Origin: an uncultured Prevotella sp.
GTDB lineage: Bacteria; Bacteroidota; Bacteroidia; Bacteroidales; Bacteroidaceae
NCBI GenBank assembly: GCA_905233165.1
Contig: CAJODL010000001.1
Span: 563,927-627,926, forward strand
Direction of reading: 5' to 3'
DNA: 64,000 bases
Shown here: positions 8,712 to 17,036 of the stretch, piece by piece
Position numbering within the stretch: position 1 is the first letter of the stretch
Layout of the letters: every line of letters starts with the position of its first letter
Notes under the pieces: model-generated
Told to the model about the DNA's origin: nothing
What the model saw: the letters and a program-made list of their open reading frames with translations, nothing else
The model's database searches: none
Position numbers and translations under genes: made by a program

Positions 8712-10018
8712 TAGCATTATTGGGATTGTGTATCTTTGGCGCTATGAATGGGCTGATGCTGATGCATGGCCCTGAAGCATGGACATCACAAAGATTTGGC
8801 GCTTGGACGGCTTTCCATAAGGATTTTGTGTTTTCTGGCTTTGATCAGTTTACATATATTGTTGTGTCTAAGTGGCGTCCCATATTTGAAATATATCGAC
8901 ACCCAATGCTGGCATTCTTGATATGGCCACTAACGTGGATAAACTCGATTTTGTCGGAGTATTTCCACATGAATTGTGCCATCTATGTGGTAGCTGTAAC
9001 ATATACTTTGGTGAGTACAGCAACATGGTGTCTGCTGTATGCTATCTTCCGCAGAAGGATAGGTCTTTCGAGAACTTCGTCGTTACTTCTGCTGCTGTTC
9101 TATTTTGGCTTTGCTTATGTGCTGCTTGCCAGCTTTGTTCCTGACCATATGATATGGACGCAATTCCTGCTGATACTTACAATATATCTTGCCAGTAGCC
9201 AGAAGGGTATGAAATATTGGCTGGCATTGGCGATATATTTCTTTGCTGCAGGAGTGACATTGACAAATGGCATAAAGGTGTGGCTGATAGATATGATTGC
9301 AGCATATCGTTCTGCTAACTATACAAAGTTGTTTAGACGCAGTTTATTGTACATTGTCCCAACAATATTGTTGGGTTGTGTCTATCTGTGGCAACAGGAG
9401 ATTTACTATGAAGAAGAAGTGTCATATCAAAAATTGATGCGTCAACGTGCAATAGAACGCGATAGTGTTGCTACCATGAAGAAATTTACCAGAGATAGTT
9501 TATTCCTGGCAAAGAGACATGAAAAGCAATCGGTTGACAGCCGTTTCTTTGCTTTTACCGACAATACTGTGGATAGAGGACAATTGGTGTATGAGAACTT
9601 CTTTGGTGAGGGATTTATATTGCATAGAGACCACCTGATGGAGGATGCCAATGCCAGAAAGAATATCCGCCCTGTGATAGTGCATTACTTAGATTGGTGG
9701 AACTATATTGCTGAGGCTGGAATAGTAGTATTGTTCGCAGGAGGAATATGGTGGGGCAGGAGAAAACGCCTGCTGTGGCTTGCTATGATGCCTTTCCTCT
9801 TTGATGTATGCCTGCATATCGGCTTGCGCTTTGCTGCTGCAGATGTGTATATCATGACAGCACATTGGGCTTATGTCATACCGATAGCAATAGGACTCAT
9901 GCTGAAGGAGTGCAAGAAGACTTTTCTGCGGAGTATTGTTATAACGACACTTGTCGCGCTGACTGTATTCCTTTGGTGGCACAACCTAAACTTGCTTGTG
10001 CCTTATATACTCCCATGA
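8672..10018 (+). CDS. polytopic membrane protein, paralogue B
   Basis: Colinear with paralogue A. ATG 8672 chosen (track ORF starts at 8471); overlaps paralogue A by 40 nt. Confidence 0.6.
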   Translation: MERSTHHRIYVFLIALLGLCIFGAMNGLMLMHGPEAWTSQRFGAWTAFHKDFVFSGFDQFTYIVVSKWRPIFEIYRHPMLAFLIWPLTWINSILSEYFHMNCAIYVVAVTYTLVSTATWCLLYAIFRRRIGLSRTSSLLLLLFYFGFAYVLLASFVPDHMIWTQFLLILTIYLASSQKGMKYWLALAIYFFAAGVTLTNGIKVWLIDMIAAYRSANYTKLFRRSLLYIVPTILLGCVYLWQQEIYYEEEVSYQKLMRQRAIERDSVATMKKFTRDSLFLAKRHEKQSVDSRFFAFTDNTVDRGQLVYENFFGEGFILHRDHLMEDANARKNIRPVIVHYLDWWNYIAEAGIVVLFAGGIWWGRRKRLLWLAMMPFLFDVCLHIGLRFAAADVYIMTAHWAYVIPIAIGLMLKECKKTFLRSIVITTLVALTVFLWWHNLNLLVPYILP

Positions 10019-11467
10019 TTGACGTATAATCTTGGCGCCACTAAGATATATTATGCCAAGATATATGATAGCGGCAAGGAATATCCTTACCAGCATGAGG
10101 CAAAGAGAAGTGTAAAATGTGAAATGTGAAGAGTGAAGAATGAAGAGTGATAGGTGGTGAGTTACAACCATAGTGAATGCTGCAATAAAGAAGAATGGCA
10201 GTATATCTTTCAATGCTTGGTACCAGCTGAAGCCTATTTCGCGATTGACGAAGAAATGCCATACAAAAGTCCATGAAATGACTATAATGACATAAGCTAT
10301 TACCATATCTCTTATGCTTCCGCCAAGATAGTGTACTGTCAGTAGTGAGCCCATGATAACACAACCTTGTATGATGACATTCCACATATAGATGGCACTC
10401 TTTCCACGACTGATTATCATATCATAATATAAGGTGGCAAGAGGCAGAAAGGCGCCTGCGATGCATAATAACTGCATCAGGGTTGCTGAAGGTAGCCACT
10501 TCTCTGTAACTGTTATGATAATAAATTCCCGTGCTATTAATGCTAAACCAAGCATTGCAGGGAATGATATGAAGCATGTAAAGCGTAGCATCTTAGAAAA
10601 TGCCCTGCATAAGCGCTCCTTGTCGTCACCAACCTGCACAAAGGTGGGTTGAGCAACACCATGCACCATTCCTGTTATAGTATTGCTTCCCATAACGTTC
10701 CACTTCTGTGCCTGAGAATAGACACCTGCCTCAGTCTTGTTGTACAGACGACCCAGAAGGAGTGAGAAGATGTTGTTGTTGATGTTGTTGAAGATGTATG
10801 TAAACAGCATCTTGCAGGAGAATCCAAGGAGAGGTTTCAGGGGAGTGAATTGTGAAATGTGAAAGGTGAAAGGTTTTGGACGCCACTTTGAGAAATACCA
10901 GCTGAAGATAGTAATGCAAAAATTAAACACAAGTGTTTGGGTTGCTATACCCCAAAAGGCAAAGCCGTTAGCGGCAAGGGTGATGCCAACAGCTCCTGAA
11001 ATTAGGAGTGAAGATAGTGCCATTAAAGCGAGTTCTCGTTGCTGTAATCGACGAAATAGAATGGCTCGTGGCACAATAGAGAAACTGGCAATGAAGAAAC
11101 CTATGAAGAAATATCTTGACAGGGATGTCAGTATAGGTTCATTATAAAACGCTGCTATCCAAGGGGAAACACTGAACAGGATGACATAGGCAATGATGCT
11201 CACCATGATATTAAACCAAAAGACGGCATTGTAGTCATCGTGGGTGGCGTCGCGTTTATTTGTCAAAGCAATTACGAAACCGCTGTCCTGCAAGGCAGTC
11301 GCAACAGTAGAAAAGACAAGTAGCATAGCAATGAGACCATAGTCATCAGGAGAAAGTAGACGAGCCAGTACAATGCCGAAGATAGCATTGAGTACTTGTG
11401 TGGCACCATTATTGACAGCACCCCATACAAGTCCTTTCGCTGCTTTGTCTTTTAGTGTATCGCTCAT
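9986..11467 (-). CDS. polysaccharide flippase (Wzx/MOP superfamily)
   Basis: 493 aa with about 12-14 TM segments. N-terminal KGLVWGAVNNGATQVLNAIFGIVLARLLSPDDYG is typical of Wzx-like exporters. Confidence 0.8.
   Translation of the reverse strand: MSDTLKDKAAKGLVWGAVNNGATQVLNAIFGIVLARLLSPDDYGLIAMLLVFSTVATALQDSGFVIALTNKRDATHDDYNAVFWFNIMVSIIAYVILFSVSPWIAAFYNEPILTSLSRYFFIGFFIASFSIVPRAILFRRLQQRELALMALSSLLISGAVGITLAANGFAFWGIATQTLVFNFCITIFSWYFSKWRPKPFTFHISQFTPLKPLLGFSCKMLFTYIFNNINNNIFSLLLGRLYNKTEAGVYSQAQKWNVMGSNTITGMVHGVAQPTFVQVGDDKERLCRAFSKMLRFTCFISFPAMLGLALIAREFIIITVTEKWLPSATLMQLLCIAGAFLPLATLYYDMIISRGKSAIYMWNVIIQGCVIMGSLLTVHYLGGSIRDMVIAYVIIVISWTFVWHFFVNREIGFSWYQALKDILPFFFIAAFTMVVTHHLSLFILHSSHFTFYTSLCLMLVRIFLAAIIYLGIIYLSGAKIIRQSWEYIRHKQV
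10110..10158. repeat. heptad tract (NNGTGAA x7) inside the wzx 3' coding region
   Basis: gtgtaaa atgtgaa atgtgaa gagtgaa gaatgaa gagtgat aggtggt. Confidence 0.8.
10844..10873. repeat. heptad tract (agtgaat tgtgaaa tgtgaaa ggtgaaa) inside wzx
   Basis: Four in-register 7-mers in the middle of the CDS. Confidence 0.75.
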
Positions 11468-11606
11468 TCTATTGTTTTCTTAATTCGATTTGCTATGCTA
11501 TGCGTGTCTTTCTCTATATCATTGTGATGAAAGCTTCTGGAGCAAGAATTTTTGATGAATGCATGCTGTTTCTGCGAAAAAAAAAAGACACAAGTATTGA
11601 TTCATA

Positions 11607-12530
11607 TTACATGTACTTCGTTTCCCGCCCCCATCTTTCTTGCAGACCGTCCATGAATGCATTGTGAAACAATGATGCCCATGAGATGGAGCGCTTACAA
11701 AGGAGCAAGTATGCCTGGCTGATAATATAATAATATGTAAGGACGCACATCTTACGTATCCATGGCCCGTCTGCTGTTTTCTTGTTATAGGTCTTGTTGC
11801 GACTCATGCAGTACATCTTCCATCTTACGGGCTTGAAATGTCCCAATACTCCAAAACGCACATCGGTATCTTGCATCACAGGATGACAATGCCTTGCCGC
11901 GAATACTCCGTGTGGTGTGAAGCCTGCCTGTCGCATTCGTTGGTCGTAGTTCATTTCGTCGCCATAGATGAACAGTTCGCGCATGGGGAAGCCAACCTTG
12001 TCAACGGCCTTCTTGCTGAAGAGTCCTCCATTGAAGGGATTGCAATATCCTTTGAGCAACTCTTTCCCACCATATGCCTTCTTCAGTTCTTCTGGGTCGT
12101 GGCTCTCGCCTATGGCTCCGTTAAGTCGTTCGGGATGACTGATGTCCATCAGCACGGGCGAGACATATCCATATTCATCTACGTATTTACATAAGGTTTC
12201 TAAGCAGTCAGGCATTGGGAGACCGTCATCGTCGAGCATCCAGAATGCATCATAACCTCCTTCGTTGTATGCTGTCTCCATGCCTACGGAGAATCCCATT
12301 GCTCCTCCACCGTTCTGCTCAAGGTAATTATAGTTGACTGGCACGCCGCACACCTCACGGTCATAGCCCAAGGCGCGGAGGAACTCCGGTGTGCCGTCGC
12401 TGGAATGGTTATCTACAACAAAAATTTTTGTTGGCCGCAGTGTCTGTGTGGCTACAGCCTTGAGGCATTCGGCTAACAGTTCTTTCCGGTTAAAGGTGGG
12501 GATGGCTACTGCTATGTTGAATTCTTTCAT
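11607..12530 (-). CDS. glycosyltransferase family 2
   Basis: AVAIPTFNRKELL...VVDNHSSDGT and LDDDG (DXD-type) motifs. Confidence 0.85.
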   Translation of the reverse strand: MKEFNIAVAIPTFNRKELLAECLKAVATQTLRPTKIFVVDNHSSDGTPEFLRALGYDREVCGVPVNYNYLEQNGGGAMGFSVGMETAYNEGGYDAFWMLDDDGLPMPDCLETLCKYVDEYGYVSPVLMDISHPERLNGAIGESHDPEELKKAYGGKELLKGYCNPFNGGLFSKKAVDKVGFPMRELFIYGDEMNYDQRMRQAGFTPHGVFAARHCHPVMQDTDVRFGVLGHFKPVRWKMYCMSRNKTYNKKTADGPWIRKMCVLTYYYIISQAYLLLCKRSISWASLFHNAFMDGLQERWGRETKYM

Positions 12531-12535
12531 AATGG

Positions 12536-13444
12536 TTAATTTCTGCGAAGATAATCTATCTGTTCTATTAGCTTGCGGCTCTTTTCAGAGGTCAGTTTCC
12601 TTGTAAACATCTTTCCGCTCTTCATGAGTGTGCCTAAGTCCTTCTCCGTCCATATGCTGATAGCACCGTCATAAACAATGAAATGTAGCGGTGTGAGAGC
12701 TATCAGACCAGGGTAGTGGCCTTTGAACAGAATGCATCTGTCCTTCCACCGTGTGGAATTGAATGCGATGGTTTGAATAAGTGTTTCATCTTGACCGAAA
12801 GAATCCTTAAAATAATGGTATATCGTCTTGTCGCCTTGATAGGTGTCATAGATATATTGTGCGAGGCCTTCAGAGATGCTCCACCATGATGCGCCTTTGT
12901 ACAGGTGCATGCCATTGGGCAGGATGAGGCTCTTCCTTATTCCTGTATGGTAAGCTGCTTTCCTGCAGATTATGCTCAGTTGCTGATTGCGTTTGTTGCT
13001 GAGGAATGACCAACTGAAGAAAGGACGCGGCACACGGTATATTATAGTGTTCTCGTCTGGTACACCTTCCGTAGCCATGTCAAAGCCCGAGATATATTCT
13101 TTGTCAGCGTTTTTCTCAAAGAAATCTACAATTTGGCTGTTGCTCCAGAGTGGATAGTCCAGCCCGCTGAGTGTCATTAGACGGTCAAAGTGCATTGGGA
13201 AATCAAGAGCGGCCTTTATCAACTGCATCTGGTATTCTACCTGCAGTATTGTGCCCCATCTTACGTCCACTCTATCAGGGAGAAAATGCACCCTGTTATC
13301 ATCAGCCATTAGCTGCTTGAAAGGGGTGATGTCAGATTTTCTGTCTATATGCACGAAGAAATGCGACTCGTCTGGCAGTGCATTGATGAGCCTCTTTAGT
13401 TGCGGTGCATCTGTGTGGGCAGATATGAGGAATGCTATTTTCAT
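12536..13444 (-). CDS. core-2/I-branching-type glycosyltransferase (GT14-like)
   Basis: MKIAFLISAH.DAPQLKRLINAL....FFVHIDRKSD N-terminal pattern of the Branch family. Confidence 0.7.
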   Translation of the reverse strand: MKIAFLISAHTDAPQLKRLINALPDESHFFVHIDRKSDITPFKQLMADDNRVHFLPDRVDVRWGTILQVEYQMQLIKAALDFPMHFDRLMTLSGLDYPLWSNSQIVDFFEKNADKEYISGFDMATEGVPDENTIIYRVPRPFFSWSFLSNKRNQQLSIICRKAAYHTGIRKSLILPNGMHLYKGASWWSISEGLAQYIYDTYQGDKTIYHYFKDSFGQDETLIQTIAFNSTRWKDRCILFKGHYPGLIALTPLHFIVYDGAISIWTEKDLGTLMKSGKMFTRKLTSEKSRKLIEQIDYLRRN

Positions 13445-13461
13445 AATGTGGTTGCTCTTAC

Positions 13462-14262
13462 TTAGGTTAGTCTCTCTATATAGAATGCTGCATGGACTTT
13501 GCGTTTGTCCTCCGGGGGAAGCTGCATATAGTTGCCGTATAACTCGGTGAGGTAGGCATCGGGATTTGCCGGGCTGCGGAAAGTCTTTCCTGCAAAGGTG
13601 ATGGGCTTAGTGGGGAATATATTCTCCTTTAGATGCATGATGCCGTATCCGCATTGATTGAGTACATTGCTATAATAGTCTTTCTTCCTTGTGGCATTGA
13701 GGAAACGCCATATCATATAAAAGTATGCGCGTTTTGCACCGAACCAGAAGAATTCCCCCACAGCCCGCCAGGAATACGTATGTGGCTTGTGCATTATATC
13801 ATCGGCCTTGCAATATCCCTTGGCTATATGGCGGCATAGCTTGCGTGAGATGTTGGGATAGGATGTCATGGGGAAAATGTCGACGAAGAGCCCCTTCTGG
13901 TAGTCCTTGGTGAAGTCATCGTTAAACTCCACCAACAAGGAGTTCTTATCCCTTATCTTCATCATCGGGTGTGGGAATGTAGGGTCGGTCTCTTTTGTCT
14001 GTAGGAACAGACCATCTGGCAGTTCGCGCTTTGCGGCTTCTGCAAAGCGTGGCAGGTCTTCCTCGCGTATGGCGATGTCAATGTCATCGTCCCATGGTAT
14101 GAAGCCCCCGTGCCTGACAGCACCTAAGCAAGTGCCACCATCGAGCCAATAGTCGATATTGTTTCTCTCACAGATGTCATGTATCGCACACAAAATGGAA
14201 AGTTCTTTCTGCTGTATGGCTGCAAGATGCTCTTGCATATATTTATTGAGGTTCTGGTTCAT
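13462..14262 (-). CDS. LicD family phosphotransferase (phospho-alditol or phosphocholine transfer to glycan)
   Basis: YWLDGGTCLGAVRHGGFIPWDDDIDIAI, the LicD nucleotidyltransferase-fold signature. Confidence 0.8.
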   Translation of the reverse strand: MNQNLNKYMQEHLAAIQQKELSILCAIHDICERNNIDYWLDGGTCLGAVRHGGFIPWDDDIDIAIREEDLPRFAEAAKRELPDGLFLQTKETDPTFPHPMMKIRDKNSLLVEFNDDFTKDYQKGLFVDIFPMTSYPNISRKLCRHIAKGYCKADDIMHKPHTYSWRAVGEFFWFGAKRAYFYMIWRFLNATRKKDYYSNVLNQCGYGIMHLKENIFPTKPITFAGKTFRSPANPDAYLTELYGNYMQLPPEDKRKVHAAFYIERLT

Positions 14263-14279
14263 TATCTCATCGTTACCTG

Positions 14280-15299
14280 TTATTCATTGTTCAATATCTT
14301 AATAGTTCTTAGTATGGCATCGTGCATTTCATACTTAGGTTGAAATCCGATAGCTTTAATACGGTCATTGTTGAGAATAGCTCTCTGTGCCAAAGAATAG
14401 CCTTTGTTTTCTGCGTCTGAGGGTAAGTCGAAAATAACCTTTCGGTTACAAGCTTCTGCACATATTTGTGCAAAATCCTTGAGACGTATGTTTGTCTTAT
14501 TGCTGCTTACATTGTAGGGAACTCCATACTCACCGTTAAGAAGTACAATGAGTAACCCTATGACAGCATCTGCAACATAAGTATATGAGAAATATTGGTT
14601 ACCTTCACTTTTGAGGATGATATCTTCTCCAGCAAGAGCTTTCTTTATGAATTGTGATGAGGCTTTACTGTCACTCATAAGCATTGTTGGACCGAAGATG
14701 CGGCATAGACGGGCAATTTTCACTTTCGTGCCATGCTCTTCTTTGTAACTTTGACACATCGCCTCACAGGTCCTTTTGGACTCATTATAACAAGAACGGG
14801 CATTACAGAGATTTAAAACACCATTACTGTTTTCATAAAAATCTTCGTTGTTTATGGCATTTCCATATACTTCATTAGTGGAAGTCATTACTACTGTAGC
14901 TCCAGTTTTATCGGCAAGATTTAATGCATGTTCACAACCTTTGATGTTTACCATTATGGTTTCAATGGGATATTGTGAATATGCCATAGGGTGTGTGTTG
15001 CTTGCCATTGGAAGAATATAATCTACTTTCAATTTCTCTGAGAAAGGATTACACACATCATGTTCAAGAAAAGAAAATCCAGGAAGTTGTAGCCAACGTT
15101 CTTTTATCTTTTGCCTATCCCTCCCTACAGCAATTATTCTTACTCCCTCTAATGAAAGCAAAGCATCAATTAGCATTGTTCCCACCATGCCAGTACCTCC
15201 AGTTATGAGAAAACTTTTATTCTGTAGGAGTTCAATACCTTTGATGGAGAGAATATTTCGTATGTCTTCTTGATATAGTGGGTGTGTTATTTCAACCAT
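14280..15299 (-). CDS. NAD(P)-dependent SDR (epimerase/dehydratase/reductase fold)
   Basis: ITGGTGMVGTMLIDAL Rossmann motif and an extended SDR length. Overlaps the upstream cytidylyltransferase gene by 13 nt. Confidence 0.75.
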   Translation of the reverse strand: MVEITHPLYQEDIRNILSIKGIELLQNKSFLITGGTGMVGTMLIDALLSLEGVRIIAVGRDRQKIKERWLQLPGFSFLEHDVCNPFSEKLKVDYILPMASNTHPMAYSQYPIETIMVNIKGCEHALNLADKTGATVVMTSTNEVYGNAINNEDFYENSNGVLNLCNARSCYNESKRTCEAMCQSYKEEHGTKVKIARLCRIFGPTMLMSDSKASSQFIKKALAGEDIILKSEGNQYFSYTYVADAVIGLLIVLLNGEYGVPYNVSSNKTNIRLKDFAQICAEACNRKVIFDLPSDAENKGYSLAQRAILNNDRIKAIGFQPKYEMHDAILRTIKILNNE

Positions 15300-16015
15300 T
15301 TGTCCTCTTCTTTTGTCATGTAGCCTTTGAACAATTCTAAATCATCTTTTGTAGTGAGTTTAATGTTCTTGTCAGAACCTTTGGCAAAATAGAGTTTTAT
15401 GCCCAATTCTACCATCATAGTATTTGCATAATGTGAACCATGTATTCCGATGTTCTTTGCATAGGCCTCATGGTATTTCGTGTTGAGTAGATCGTAGCGG
15501 TATGCCTGAGGGGTGGAGACTCTTCGGAGGGTCTCACGGGGAATAAACTGTGTAGTAGTATTTTCGTCATCCTTGTCAACAACAAAGATTTGTTCATTGT
15601 AAGGCATGGATGTCACAGCATTGCCATATTCTTCAGCTTTATTAATAACATCAGTCAAAACACTGTCATCAATCATCGGTCGTATACCATCATGGATAAT
15701 AATGATATCATCGTCATTAACCTTGCCTTCAAGATTGTACACTCCGTTACGGATACTTTCCTGAGCAGAACATCCTCCCTTGGTTATCCATTGCAGTTTG
15801 GAAATATTAAATTGATTGGCATATGCTTGCAATACTTTTTCCCAACCTTCTATACAGACAACTTCTATGGCATCAATCATGGGATGCCGTTGAAAACCTT
15901 CCAACGTATATATTAATACTGGTTTGTCATAGACATTGATGAACTGCTTTGGGATGTCCTGTCCCATGCGGTTTCCGCTACCACCTGCAATTATTATTGC
16001 GATATTCTTGTGCAT
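15287..16015 (-). CDS. IspD/TarI-family cytidylyltransferase (CDP-alditol synthesis candidate)
   Basis: IIAGGSGNRMGQDIPKQF N-terminal signature of the IspD/TarI family. Confidence 0.8.
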   Translation of the reverse strand: MHKNIAIIIAGGSGNRMGQDIPKQFINVYDKPVLIYTLEGFQRHPMIDAIEVVCIEGWEKVLQAYANQFNISKLQWITKGGCSAQESIRNGVYNLEGKVNDDDIIIIHDGIRPMIDDSVLTDVINKAEEYGNAVTSMPYNEQIFVVDKDDENTTTQFIPRETLRRVSTPQAYRYDLLNTKYHEAYAKNIGIHGSHYANTMMVELGIKLYFAKGSDKNIKLTTKDDLELFKGYMTKEEDKWLK

Positions 16016-16040
16016 TATAAAATGTTTTGCAGTTTAGATA

Positions 16041-17009
16041 TTAAAAAACTCTGAAGGAATCAATGACTCCGATTACTTCACCATCCTTATTTGTTACTAC
16101 AAGGGCGTGAATATTGTATTTCCTTAGAATTTTGTCAACTTCGTTAAGCGTAGTCTCTGGGCGAACTGTCTTCGGATTTGGAGTCATAATATCCTTAACT
16201 GTAAGCTCAAACATCTTGTTTTGATATTTTTGTACGGCACGACGTACATCACCGTCAGTAATAATTCCGACGAGTACTCCGTTGCCATTGTTAGAATTGC
16301 TATTATCAATTACAATTGCCAAACCTAGCTTGCCATTGCTGGCTGTGATGATGGCATCAAAGACCTTCGTGTCTGGAGTCACTATAGGCAGATTGTCTTT
16401 TACCATATAATCCCGTGCATGAGAAAGCAGACGTTTGCCGAGTGAGCCTCCAGGATGGAACTGTGCGAAATCATTGGCTTTAAAGTCACGCATTTTTACC
16501 AGTGCGCAAGCTAAAGCATCTCCCATAGCCATCGTCGCCATTGTTGATGATGTTGGGGCAAGGTTTAATGGGTCGGCTTCATGATCAACATGTATATCCA
16601 GATAACATGAAGAATATTGTGCCAACAAGGAGTTCTTATTGCCTGTAATACCGATGATGGGGATATTACGTTCCATCAGTAACGGAATAAAACGTAGTAG
16701 CTCGTCAGTATATCCGCTATAACTAATAGAGATGACAACATCTCCTTCTGATATCATTCCCAAATCACCATGAAAGGCGTCAAGAGGATTCAGAAAAAAT
16801 GATGGAGTTCCTAAAGATGCAAGTGTAGATGCCATCTTCTCACCCACATGTCCGCTCTTACCGACACCTGTTACAATAACTTTTCCTTTGCAGTTGAAAA
16901 TCATTTCTACTGCCTTTGTAAAATTGTCGTCAAGGCGTGGTATGAGATCCAGGATGGCTTGTGCTTCATCTTGGAAACATCGTACGGCATATGATTTTGT
17001 ATCTTGCAT
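16041..17009 (-). CDS. KpsF/GutQ-family arabinose-5-phosphate isomerase (SIS plus tandem CBS domains)
   Basis: VTGVGKSGHVGEKMASTLASLGTPSFF SIS motif and a C-terminal CBS pair. Confidence 0.85.
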   Translation of the reverse strand: MQDTKSYAVRCFQDEAQAILDLIPRLDDNFTKAVEMIFNCKGKVIVTGVGKSGHVGEKMASTLASLGTPSFFLNPLDAFHGDLGMISEGDVVISISYSGYTDELLRFIPLLMERNIPIIGITGNKNSLLAQYSSCYLDIHVDHEADPLNLAPTSSTMATMAMGDALACALVKMRDFKANDFAQFHPGGSLGKRLLSHARDYMVKDNLPIVTPDTKVFDAIITASNGKLGLAIVIDNSNSNNGNGVLVGIITDGDVRRAVQKYQNKMFELTVKDIMTPNPKTVRPETTLNEVDKILRKYNIHALVVTNKDGEVIGVIDSFRVF

Positions 17010-17036
17010 TAGTTTTGAATTGTTATTTTGTTGTAA

